Source: Batkoa obscura (lineage: Eukaryota). Taken from it: 64,000 nt of DNA. The DNA lies in assembly GCA_030770535.1 (NCBI GenBank), contig JASVEC010000011.1, positions 1-64,000 on the forward strand, written 5' to 3'. The first letter of the stretch is position 1. Every line of letters starts with the position of its first letter. This document shows positions 38,357-50,086 of this stretch, in pieces. Position numbers and translations under genes: made by a program. The notes below the pieces were generated by a model. The model searched no databases and was not told where the DNA came from. It saw only the letters and a list, made by a program, of their open reading frames with translations.

Positions 38357-39031
38357 TTAGTATAAATTATTAATATAAGGTTGAAGTTTATCATCTAAGC
38401 CTGTTTTGTATTGTTGTCTATTAAAATAAAGCTCTTCTCCTTTAATTCCATCATTAAATTGTTCAATAACAGGCTTATCAGGTAGATTAGCTACTACAAT
38501 TTCAGGACCAACAATAAATCCAGATTTATTCTGACTATTAATATAAACATCAGCACAATTCATATAAAATTCTCGAATTCCTGTCCTATTAATCCATGTC
38601 CAAGCTAAAGTAGCTCTACCGTTTGGTAAAGTATTTGGTAAAAAGATATCATAACTACGTCGTCCTTTAGTTAAACAATCCCCAATAATAGTATGAATAA
38701 CAATAAAATGTTTTTGATCATAAGATATACTCCATTCACAATGACCACCATTATGTGGTACATCACCAGCAATTAAACTAGTAAAATTATTACCCGCTTT
38801 TAATTCGGATTTTATTTTTCCCATTGGTATACCACGGCATGGGAATGGGAAATCTAATCGATCTTTATTTCCTAATGGAAATTGATTCATATAATCAATT
38901 TCAAACCATTGTAATTCTTTATCGTATTTTGATTTCCTACATAACGGACTAGCTAATTCCATATGACATATAATGTATCTGGTTAAATAAAATGAAAATA
39001 ATATAATAGTAATTAAATGATTATTATACAT
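38357..39031 (-). CDS. Secreted AA11-like lytic polysaccharide monooxygenase, intronless
   Basis: Signal-like MYNNHLITIILFSFYLTRYIIC then His1 (HMELASP); FPCRG, HNGGHCEWSISYD, ATLAWTWIN, REFYMNCADV. Start placed at the second ATG. Confidence 0.8.
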   Translation of the reverse strand: MYNNHLITIILFSFYLTRYIICHMELASPLCRKSKYDKELQWFEIDYMNQFPLGNKDRLDFPFPCRGIPMGKIKSELKAGNNFTSLIAGDVPHNGGHCEWSISYDQKHFIVIHTIIGDCLTKGRRSYDIFLPNTLPNGRATLAWTWINRTGIREFYMNCADVYINSQNKSGFIVGPEIVVANLPDKPVIEQFNDGIKGEELYFNRQQYKTGLDDKLQPYINNLY

Positions 39032-39278
39032 AATGTAATTATTAATTAAAGGTAAACTTAAAGGTCGTTTTATTATATTAAATTTTATTCTTTTATATTT
39101 TTTCATTATCTTATACTTTTGAAACTCCCACCTTCTGTTTTATAATTTATTATTAAGTTTTGAATTTCCATTATTTATTTTGGGCAAATATTTTATTTTT
39201 ATTTTGTCAGTTAATTTTTAAATTAATTAGATTTAAATTATAAGACCAAAAAATTATTATCATTTCTAATATAAAAAG

Positions 39279-40024
39279 ATGCTCAAAAGATGGATAAATT
39301 ATATGAGAATAAAAGGATGGAATCCATTTAATAAAAGACAATTGATAGGTAGAGATTTAGAAGGAAATAGCTATTATGAAGAAGAAAGAGGTATTTATTC
39401 AAGTTATAATTGGTTAAATTTATAAATCTGATTCAAGATGGTTTTCCTCGGCGTACTGTGGAGTTAGTTCAAAAACAACTTCATCTTGGTCAAATAAGTT
39501 CAGCAGATTTGGCAGGTAAGCTTAATTCATATAACAAATGTCGTATCTAATTTTTTACTAGTTCAATGGCGCTCTTGGTTAAGACATACTCGTAGAGATC
39601 CACCAAGCATTGAAGTATAACTAGTATTATCTAGCAAAAATATAATATAATATAATATGATATTTAGGAATTAGAAGCTTATGAGATACAAAAAAATAGA
39701 ACTATTGAAAGAGCTAAGGTTTTAGAATTAGAATGGCAAAAGGTAATAACAAATTTTATTGTTTTTAACTAATACTAATATTTTATAGAAAAAATTATTG
39801 ATAAGTAATAAAGTTGAACAAGATAATAAACCAAAAATTAAAGGTAATCTTTGAATTATAAGACTCTTATTCTTATTTGTTTATTTATAGATGATGAATT
39901 TAAAGTTGTGAATCCTAATAAATCAAATGGTAATATTATTATTGTTGTATAGTTGTTATATAATTAACTTGATTTAGATGATTTCCAACCTGATTCATGG
40001 TCTCCAGTATCTCAACGTAACTAA
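39279..40024 (+). CDS. NDUFA12/NDUFAF2-family complex I assembly factor, many small exons
   Basis: LIGRDLEGNSYYE, PRRTVE, QWRSWLRHTRRDPPSIEEL, C-terminal FQPDSWSP. Absent from the ORF track. Confidence 0.85.
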
Positions 40025-40179
40025 AAGATAAACTATATTACAAAAATAATAAATACATACTATAAAAATGTAAAAGTAATAGATAAATTTTTTGTATATT
40101 TTATTGAATAAAAAACTTTCTATTAAAAAAACAAAAAAACAATAATGGCTATTATTATTATTTAATATGTTATATATAC

Positions 40180-43100
40180 CTAATATCTTCTTTTACCACC
40201 ACGCCCATAAGGTGGTCGTTGTGGTCTTTGATTTTGATATTGTTGTCCTTGTTGTCCTTGTTGGTATTGTTGTCCTTGTTGATATTGTTGACCTTGATAT
40301 TGTTGACCCTGCTGGTAATGCTGACCCTGTTGATAATGTTGTCCTTGTTGGCCTTGAGCATAGTATTGGGTTTGAGGACGACTATAACGTTGGGCAGCAT
40401 AGGCTGGATTTTGATAACTACTTTGAGTACTTGTTCCGTAATCATTTGTTGGTTGGTTATAGCGTTGTTTCCTTATGAATTCTTCATAAGATGGCCTTTG
40501 TGCTGGATTGTAGTTATAATTAAAATTATTTACATAGCTTGCTTCTCGAGCTGCATTAGCAGCCTCATCGCTAGCGGCACTTTGATTCTGTCCAGCATAA
40601 CTTGAATATTTATTGAATCTAGTATCTTGATGTGATGTTTGGTTGTTTCCATAGTTATTGAATGAAGGGGGTGTATTATAGGACCCTGAGGCTCCTCTTG
40701 GACGATATGATTTATTATCATTTCTTTGATGATCACGGGAGTCTTTACTTGAAGGATACTGACTATGGTTAGAATAATCTTGTTTAAAACTTCTATAACC
40801 ACCGCTAACAAACTTATAAATAAATAGTAAAATTAATTAGCAATATTATTACTCATCCTTAGAATATTCATGTCTCTGGTAATCGTTTCTATTTGATCTT
40901 CCACCATTTAAAACAAAAGCTATTTCATTATAAGGTAATACTTTTTTAGGCAAATCAACGTTTGGTACTAAATTGCAAGGAAATACAAAACCTTCTGGAA
41001 ATTCTGGCAAGGTAAATTTAAAACTACAAAAAATATTATTTTTTTATCAATGTATTTTAAAAAATGTACCTTAAGCTTTTATCTCCATGAATATCAGGCT
41101 GTCCATACCTTGAGAGTGGGGATGTATAAACTGAATTAGGATTACAGTCTGGATCAATAGCCACATTTCCCGGTACTCCTTGGCTAAGTGAAGTTGGAAT
41201 TTCACATTCTGAAGTATCTTTAGTATTATATATGGAATAAAGTGGGCCATAGAGTGGATTGATATTAGACATATAAATGAGTTCGCTTCCAGTTGAATTC
41301 CTACGAATCTCGTCAGGAGAGAGTTTAGGATAAACTTTATTAATTTCTTCTAACAAACGTTCTTCATCGATAAATGGAAGAAGGGCAACAGCTAAAATCA
41401 AAAATATTTAACAATATTACTTAAAATAATGATGTCTTTACCTTTCCATAATTGAGTTTCTCCATTTAAATCTAAATAAAAATCTTTCGGATAAAAATCA
41501 ATGATTGGGGAATCTTCATCTTCCATAAGAGGGTGGAATTTTTCTGGTAGATGCTGTTTAGAATCTGCTGGAAGAACGCCCATTAATTGCTCATATGGCT
41601 TTAATGGGGTTCCTAACTCAAAATGGAATTCAGCATCTTTTGCTGCTTCTGCTATATCTAAAGCAAATGGTGGGTAGTGATAAGGATAAAACCATTTCCA
41701 AGAAGGACACCCTTGGAAATAATATTTTAACACCCAGCACAAACCTTCGAGATAAGCTAATCCAACTTCATATTGGAATTCTGGATCTTTGCCTTTGCTA
41801 CCAAATTTTTCTTCATAATACCTTTCTCTATATCCTACTTCGCCTAATCTGATATTGTCATTTCTTCCTTTTATATAAGCAGATGACATGATAATTTCCG
41901 AGGCATCTCTAGGTTTACTTGGTATCTCAGTGGGTTCTAATTTGATTTGTTTTTTTGGAAGAGCAGGTGGAGGGGTGGATTCTTTAGTTTGAGTATCTTT
42001 ATCTTCATTATCACCATTAGCTTCAGCTTCATTATCATCACCTTCTTCTCCTTCTACATCTTCTTCGTTCATATTTGAATCTTTAGCATCACTATCTGGC
42101 GAATCTCTAGCATGTTTTTCTCCAGTTTTAACTTCAGTATCACCTGTTGTCTGCAGTTTTATAGATAACATAGCTAATTTGTTAGTATTATTCTATAAAA
42201 AATATAAGTCAATATTGTTAAATATAAAAGAAGTGTAACTACCTGTTGTTTAGGGGGTTCTACTTTTGTGTGAATTCTCCTAGAATGTTTCTTTTTAGCG
42301 TTAGCTAATAAGGTATCTTCTAATTCAGCAATTTGACTAATGATAATGCCTGCTTTCTTTAAATCAACATCACCATTTTTAGTAATAAAGCCTCCCATCG
42401 TATTTAAGGAAGACTTCCACATACCAACTAATTTTTCAACGGCATTCTCTCTGATGTTTAAACATGTCAAATGTGGTAAGAAATCATTTCCAACAAAAAA
42501 GATTAAAAATATCCAATCATCGATAGCATTTTCAAAGTCATAATCAAAGATGAGATTTGAAATAGCTAACTCAGCAGCTAGATATTCTCTCAATAAATCC
42601 ACATGTAAAAATACAAATGGCTTCATTGGGACTCCTTTTTTATCTTTATGTACAACTGTAGGTTGATCTAAAATTTACTTTGTTCATTTATCTTCATATC
42701 ATTTATATTTAAACTCACTTCGACAATTTTTAGCATTATGACCAGGTTTATTGCACTTAGTACAAACTTTGTTAGATCCTGAACGGAAATTGACATCTTC
42801 ACGTAAAACTTTAAATCTAGGCTCATGGGTTGCTAACGAAAGCATAATCAAATCAGCATCCTAGGACTGTTAATATCATAAATAACTACATAAATGTGCT
42901 TACTAATCCATAGATAACATGGTACATATTTGGGTCATACCCATCAGAATTACGTGCTTTACGAATATAATCCATAATTTTATGCTCACCTTCACCTGGT
43001 ACACTAGCATCAGACAATATAATATTAACCTATTTTAACATTAGCGCTATATTATTAATAATACTATTAATATTACATTTTTCCACAATGGGTTATCATT

Positions 43101-43789
43101 CAAACTTTTGGTAATATAATACTTTAAACTAATAGATAATTTATCCATAAATGGTGTTCCTATTATTTGTTATAAGATATATATAAATAACAAAAGATAG
43201 TTACCTGGAGTAATACAATTTGAATCAAAATGCTCTTTTCCATCATTTTCTTTAGTATTTCTTTCACTGACTAATAATATTCAATTGTATATTTAAATAA
43301 CCTTAATATGGTTTTACCTGATAACTTTTCTAAATAGGCCTCCATCTCTTGCTTTTTTATACGGCTTTCCTGTCCAGCTCTGAAACGACGACTTCTTTGC
43401 TGATTCATTTTGGCTCTTGGAGCTACACCATCTTTAAAAGACTATCAGTAAAAATAGTAAAAGTATCATTATAATATACCAATTGCTATATAAAGTAATC
43501 TTCTTGGTCTAATCATGTTCATGATTCTATCAATATATTTAAATATTTCTATCATCATTTCCTCCTCGGTTTCAGGAGCCTCTTTATCTTCTGGATGACA
43601 GCAAGGATGAACAATACCATTTAAATCTAGATATAAATTATCAAATTCCACCCCGTTTGGGTTTGGCAAACTGACATCAACTGGGAAAACTTCACCATCA
43701 TCGGTTATCTTTTGCTGATCTTCTACAACCTGCGACACAATTCTTGGATACTTCATGCTTATCCATCGGAAAAAACCTGGTACACCCAT
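40180..43789 (-). CDS. XRN2: 5'-3' exoribonuclease 2 (Rat1/Dhp1/XRN2), multi-exon, with Q/Y/G-rich C-terminal tail
   Basis: [56 protein letters not shown] knuckle [45 protein letters not shown]. Confidence 0.95.
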
Positions 43790-44128
43790 TTTTTAATAAT
43801 GTAAAGTTTTTTTAATTTTGCAACAAAAATGAACTTTAATATTATAGAAAACCTTATACTAAGCCAAAGTTTTTTATCGATTAAGGATTAATTTTGTTAC
43901 TTATTCTTGATTTGTGCTTGTATCCAATTAAAGTTGCCTTATATTTTATTAATCAAATTTTTACATGCTAGACTTTTACATTATAGCTGTTTAATACACT
44001 TATTTCATTAGGATGGTGTAAAATACATGAAGGAAGTACTGATGACAGCAAAACGCAAGATTTGGATAGTAAGTAAATAGTTATTAAACATTAAATATTA
44101 AACATTGTATTTAGTTGGTTGTTTATTA

Positions 44129-44408
44129 GGGTTCCGCACATATCCTATCGCGGAAATTCAGTCTAGAAAAAGTAGTGGTTTTGGTTAAAACAGTAACTTC
44201 AATTCTTGAGCTTTTTAATAAGGAGTTAATTTTCATCTAAAATCAATTTTTTGTGGCACAAAAGTACCCTTATTGTTTATTCTTTTCGATTGGGATTTAT
44301 TTATTTCTGAAAAATAGCAGTAGCATTGCAAAAAGTAGTCTTTACTGTTGCAACCTGTTACCTTCGTCGAAATTCCTCACTTTTTGCGACAGGATATATG
44401 CGAAAACC
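44129..44408. mobile_element. ~280-bp MITE-like element, family 2; ~28-bp imperfect TIRs flanked by TA
   Basis: TA-GGGTTCCGCACATATCCTATCGCGGAAA ... TTTTTGCGACAGGATATATGCGAAAACC-TA. Confidence 0.7.
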
Positions 44409-44752
44409 TAACAGATTAATTTTAAGCTATATTTAAAATGTTTTTTTCTGGCCTTAATTTATTACAAAATTTAAGTTCATAAATTACATAAATGAACGGA
44501 TTTTGATTTACTTTGATGTTATACATGTAAAATTAGATATAAAATATATAGATTCATAGTGTTAATTTACTTTTAATATATTTACATGAATTCAACAAGT
44601 TTTTAGTTGTGAAAGTCAACAAAGTTCACTCTTCTATACTAAAAACCATAGTCTATAAGCCTCATGAAACTCAAAGTTAGCTTACATAATCACTATTGTC
44701 TCTACTTTTATTAAATTTATATTAAATTATAGTATACATGCTACTAACAGAT

Positions 44753-44834
44753 GTCAATTTGGCCGAGCGGTCTAAGGCGTTGCACTTAAGATGCAATCTC
44801 GAGAGAGGCGTGGGTTCGAACCCCACAGTTGACA
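44753..44834 (+). tRNA. tRNA-Leu, anticodon UAA, no intron
   Basis: Acceptor stem GTCAATT/AGTTGAC, A box TGGCCGAGCGG, anticodon arm TTGCA-CTTAAGA-TGCAA, long variable arm, B box GGTTCGAACC, downstream T run. Confidence 0.96.
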
Positions 44835-44933
44835 TTCATTCTTTTTTCTTTAAATAAGAATTAACAATTAGCTATAAGTAAAGAAACTAGACTTATTTTT
44901 TTTCCACTTCTCACTATTATACGTTTAATTCAA

Positions 44934-45823
44934 ATGTCATCAAAATTAAAGCGGCCGTTTTTTAGTTATTTATTTATTCAGTTTGAAGAGACAAGAAGAG
45001 GAAATAATATGAAATTTCAAACTTTGGAACGAGTTATACAACCAAAAATAGCTCACAAAAAAGGTAGAAAAGAAGTAGAAACAAATGTGTTTAGTTTGAA
45101 AAGAATCAAATTCAAATCAAGTTTAGATAAGGTAAAAATGATAATAATCAATTAATATGATCTCAGATGTCTTTTAGAAAACAAAAATTTTTGAAAAACA
45201 AAAAAAATATCTAATCGAATATGATATCACAAACGAAACAACGATAAAGCAACAGCTACTAAACGAAATACCCATTAGTTACACAGCATTGTATTTAAAT
45301 AGTAAGAAAGTGAATTGGAGAAAATTTTTACCATTTATGCTTTTATTAATACAAGCAGTAATGACTTTATTAAATATTATTCCTTTTAATATTTTTAAGC
45401 TTTTAGAAACTGATATAAATGAGCCAAACCTAATAATATATGTACCTACTTTAATGGTAAAAATAATTAATTTTAAGTCTAAAAATAATAGAGATAAATT
45501 ACCCTTAAGAATTGAAGAGCTTATGATTGAATGGAACGTACATCTGATAAAGGTAGATAAAGATTCCTAGTTTTAAATATTCAAAATTGAGCTATTATTT
45601 AGAATAGAATCATCATTTCTTTTTTATGGGAACATTTAATAATATCAACTCAAGACAATATAGGAGTATCATCTTATATTATAAGATTAGAAGATGATGC
45701 CAATAATGGTCTAAAGTAAGCTTCATTACCCTTGGTTTATTTTTTTTAACTTTTTACAGTGCTGATTATAAATTAGCTATAGAAAAAACTAAATTCATAC
45801 CAGTACCGGATTTTGATCCTTAA
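44934..45823 (+). CDS. Hypothetical multi-exon protein; possible degenerate RNase H-like fold
   Basis: Hand-spliced open frame ...LLLIQALLETDINEPNLIIYVPTL...NHHFFLWEHLI...NNGLNADYKLAIEK...DFDP*, with consistent GT-AG introns. Confidence 0.5.
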
Positions 45824-46183
45824 TAAAAGTATGGATTGGTAAATTATAGCTTCAGCTACTATGTTATGTAGTTGTATACAGCTAGCATTATATACTATAG
45901 ATTGAGATCAATATAAGCATTTGAATTAATATTTTGAAAAATAAATACTAGTAATGCATCTTTTTTATTTCTAAATTGACAACAAGTTTCATTGCTTTTT
46001 TACCGTATAATTTTTAATAAATCCCTTAAATAAGTACTGTAAAATATAGGTACTTTACTAACAATCTAAAATAAAATTTAATATCATTTAGTTGATATAT
46101 TTCATAGTATTAGTAAAATAATTTTATTGGATAGAATAAGTTCAAAACGAAATATTGCTAGAGAATAGAATTTACTTCTTTCA

Positions 46184-47623
46184 ATGAATTTCCTAACTTT
46201 AGGCATTAGAAAATATTTTAATATAACATTTAAATATAATTTACAAAAAGCATCTAGTTATAATACAATCAAAGGAGGGGATCAACTTAATACTACATGT
46301 TTGAATTTAATAAGAAATAAAGTGAGTAAATCTAATCTTCCAAGTGAAACTTCAAGGCCAATAAAGGTTCCAGAAGATCCATATCATTTTTCAGAGTTAA
46401 TTAAAGAGTTGATAAGTTCTCAAAGAACAGACGATGCGATAGTAGTATTACAAAAGAATTCCAATAAATTTCATCAACCTATTGTACCCTGGAATATACT
46501 GTTAAAAAGCATATCGGATCAAGGTCGACTTAATTTAGCTATAACTTTATTTAATGAAGTAAGTTTTTTTAATCATAATATCTTTTGTTTTAACTGCTTT
46601 TAGCTCAAGCGTAAAGGTATAAAGCCAAATAATCATACTTATTCTATTTTAATCGATGGTTGTGCTAAATCAAGTTCACCTAATTCAAAACTTAAAGCAC
46701 AGAAAATTATTGATGAAATGAATTCAAAGTTTAGTAATAGTAATAACAATGAACAAGAAGGCTTTAATTTTAAGAAAGCAAATTCTAACAAAAACAATTT
46801 TAATATACAAACAACGAAAAAAGAAATTCAGTACATAGGAAAAAATAAAGGAATGTCAGTAATAGAGGAGACCCCTATAATAAATGGGCCATCGTTATTT
46901 CATTATAATAATATGTTAAAAGTTTATTCTCGTTCGAATGATCTAGTCAAAATGATTCAGCTGTATGATAGTATGAGGGAGAATATCACTAGTAACAAAG
47001 CCATAAATAATTATCAAAGTAATGCCAACTCAATCTCATGTGCACCAGATATTGTATCGTATACCATTATCGTAAATGCATTAGCAAGGATAAAATCAGA
47101 TGATGCCTTTATTGAAACCATTAATATTTGGTTAGATTATAGAGAAGATGTTGAATTAAACATGATTAAAAACAAAGAAAATAGATCTTTTAAACAAAAA
47201 GAACATAATAAAAACAAATTGGAAAGAAACTTGGAATTCGATATAGGATTTTTACAAGCAATTTTATTAGCAAGTAGATATTGTAAAGATAAAGAGTATT
47301 TATTTAAAGGGTTACAATTAATAGAGCAAGCGTTTGGTATGAATTTAAATGTAGAATATCCAAAAACAGTTAGCTTTCAAAAATTACCAGATTTAACACA
47401 AATTGAAAAGAATAATATTGTTCAGCCCAATCTAGCCATTATAGATTTAGCGATAACTATAGCTTCAATTTTAAAATTACATGATGTTGTACCAAAAATA
47501 TTCTTCTTTTTTATAGAAAATCATTCTAAGCAATTTAAACCTGATTTGAAATTATACGCTAATGTTTTATCTGCTCATTGCCACCAAGCAAGTGAACTTG
47601 TTAGTACATTTAAAAACAAATAG
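46184..47623 (+). CDS. Pentatricopeptide repeat protein, probably mitochondrial, 2 exons
   Basis: IVPWNILLKS...AITLFNELKRKGIKPNNHTYSILIDGCA, HYNNMLKVYSR, PDIVSYTIIVNALA; intron ~46559-46603. Confidence 0.88.
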
Positions 47624-48476
47624 AAATTCAGATTATTTATATAGAATTTTAAAAATAAATTAATGATATCATTTATATTTTATTATAAACTCTTAGTTTA
47701 CTTATCAAATTTATCCTACAAGTATTTAGAAAATAAGATATTAAATAAAAGAGATTTTGATTTCCTATGTCTTATTCTTTTAGATTTCATACTAGCCTAA
47801 GTTGTTGAAACTGGATTATAAATTCATATCAGTTTATAGTAATTTCACTTGACTTCTCTCTTTTATTGTGAAAGCTTTATCGAGGGATCAGTACTTTATA
47901 AAAAATACGTAATTTAACTATAGTTTAAAGCAAATACTACAAGACTTTAATTCTGCTTTTTATTCAGCTATTGATCATTTTCCAAAGATATTTATTGTTA
48001 CTATAATTAAAGTATATATTTAAAAAACTTATATTTTATATCGTCTTTACTTTTTAATAGCATTTATAACCAAATCACTGCTAAGGTTAACAATACTGTT
48101 TCGTAGTATAAAAAATGCATCTAAATTTTAAATTAAGAACATTACTTAAATTACATTCATGTTTTTATAATATTTTTAAAATAAATTTAAGAATCTTTTT
48201 TTTGAAAGTCTTGAAAGAGCCAAAGACTCTCAAGTGTTTTATTGTTGGAAGGAAACTAGGCTCAGTTAAATGGCAGATAGCGAGAGAGATTGGGACAAGG
48301 AAAGTAAGTGAGTAAAAATGATATAGGTGAAAGGTGGAAAGGTAGCTAACTCAGATCAGGTAACTTTCAAGTTTTAGAGATTGTACTTCATAGAAGTAAA
48401 TTGCAGTTTGTATTTAGCAACTAAGAATGAAATATGTGGTAGAAGAGAAAGGAGAACCGACAAGATTTAAGAACCT

Positions 48477-48577
48477 TATGTGGTTGTATTTTTTTGTTTA
48501 AGAAATTTACTAACAATTTTCCACTCAAATAGTGCTTAAAAATGGAAAAAGTAATGAAACCAAAAGACATCCTCTTA
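48477..48577 (-). mobile_element. Family 1 MITE-like element, copy F (reverse orientation)
   Basis: TATGTGGTTGTATTTTT...CCACTCAAATAGTGCTTAAAAATGGAAAAA...GACATCCTCTTA. Confidence 0.85.
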
Positions 48578-49327
48578 TGTTTTTTATAACTAAAAGATTA
48601 TATTCAAATAGTACATAACATATAATATTATAATTAACGGTGAACAATGCTATCACATAGCTATTTTTTTTGAAAATAATATAGCTAATATCAAATTTAA
48701 TTTAATTTAATTTAATTTCTACTTCTTTAACTTAAAATTTAAATTACTAGCTTTATTACAGAATTTAAAATAAAAAAATGAATAGAAGCTTTAATATAGT
48801 CAATACCAACCTGTTTGTTTGTACCTTGTATATTATAATTCAATTTTTATTACGTACATTAAATCTTTCATGTTAAATGTTCTAGGTATAAAAAAAGACC
48901 TGAGTTATAAAACATTTTTTTGAATTTCGAATATTTCCTTTAAAGTTAAAATTTAATTAAAATTAAAAATTGATTTTAAAGTATCAAATGGCACTCTCCT
49001 TTATTTAGAAAATTATTGAGGAAAAGGCAGATTAAATGTTTAAAACTATCAACACAACCGAAATAAATTAATAGGGGATTAAAACCAAAGAACATTGTAA
49101 CAACAAAGAGCACATATTCATAATAGACCTACTAAAAATAACTAAAGCTATTAAATAAAAAACACTGTACAATAATTACTATTAATAGTAAGATGATAAT
49201 TTCCAAATGAAGATATCATTTAAAGTTATACTAGTTTCATAATTTTTTTTGTAAATAACAAAATGATTTTTCAAAATATTGTTTAATATAATCTAAAAGC
49301 TGAACAAGTTTAAAATAATAGAATAAT

Positions 49328-50086
49328 TTAAGCCTTTGGCTTTTCTGGGGCAGCTGGGGCGTCAGCACGAGCTTTTGGTTTTTCTGGAGCAGCTGGAGCA
49401 TCAGCACGTCTAGCTTTTGGCTTTTCTGGAGCAGCTGGAGCATCAGCACGTCTAGCTTTTGGCTTTTCTGGAGCAGCTGGAGCATCACCACGTCTAGCTT
49501 TTGGTTTTTCTGGGAGATCAGCACGTCTAGCCTTTGGTTTTTCTGAAGTAGTTGGAGTATCACCACGTCTAGCCTTTGGTTTTTCTGAAGTAGTTGGAGT
49601 ATCACCACGTCTAGCTTTTGGCTTTTCTGGAGCAGCTGGAGCATCACCACGTCTAGCTTTTGGCTTTTCTGGAGCAGCTGGTGCGTCAGCACGTCTAGCT
49701 TTTGGCTTTTCTGGAGCAGCTGGAGCATCAGCACGTCTAGCTTTTGGCTTTTCTGGAGCAGCTGGAGCATCAGCACGTCTAGCCTTTGGCTTTTCTGGAG
49801 CAGCTGGGATATCAGCTTTTAGCTTTTCTGCTGTAGGAGGAGCATTAGCAAGTGCTACTGGCGAGGCATTATTTGCGGCAGGAGTTGCTACAGCTAATCC
49901 ATTCGTAGCGTCTGAACTTTTAAGTGGGTTTGTATCTGCTGCAGCAGGTAATAAACTACTAGCTCCACTATTAGCAATTACGGTAGGTGGGACAACATCA
50001 GCATCTCCAATTGGAGCAGAATTTGCTGAGTCTAAAGTAATTGCAGCAAGAACAATAGAAAGTAAAGTTGAAGTGAAAAATTTCAT
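49328..50086 (-). CDS. Secreted tandem-repeat peptide precursor (Kex2-processed repeat protein type), intronless
   Basis: Signal peptide MKFFTSTLLSIVLAAITLDSANS, pro-region, then 12 units of (A/G)DAPAAPEKPKA and variants, mostly separated by RR; 42-bp DNA repeat. Confidence 0.85.
   Translation of the reverse strand: MKFFTSTLLSIVLAAITLDSANSAPIGDADVVPPTVIANSGASSLLPAAADTNPLKSSDATNGLAVATPAANNASPVALANAPPTAEKLKADIPAAPEKPKARRADAPAAPEKPKARRADAPAAPEKPKARRADAPAAPEKPKARRGDAPAAPEKPKARRGDTPTTSEKPKARRGDTPTTSEKPKARRADLPEKPKARRGDAPAAPEKPKARRADAPAAPEKPKARRADAPAAPEKPKARADAPAAPEKPKA

Noticed and set aside
39032..39106. Upstream ATG for the LPMO as given in the ORF track
   Set aside because: It would put 25 basic/polar residues before the signal peptide; the ATG at 39031 gives a normal signal ending just before His1.
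40167..40811. Four overlapping ORFs in the track
   Set aside because: Alternative frames and antisense of the repetitive last exon of XRN2.
19182..43789. ERI1 and XRN2 as a functional cluster with the telomeric hairpin
   Set aside because: Ordinary conserved nucleases 18-40 kb away among unrelated genes; nothing in the sequence links them.
49480..49660. RGD integrin-binding motifs in the repeat precursor
   Set aside because: They arise from RR-GD junctions and would be destroyed by dibasic cleavage; most units have RAD instead.
49237..49776. 179-aa LQLLQKSQKLDV repeat ORF
   Set aside because: Shifted frame of the 42-bp repeat; the other frame has the signal peptide and a paralogue.
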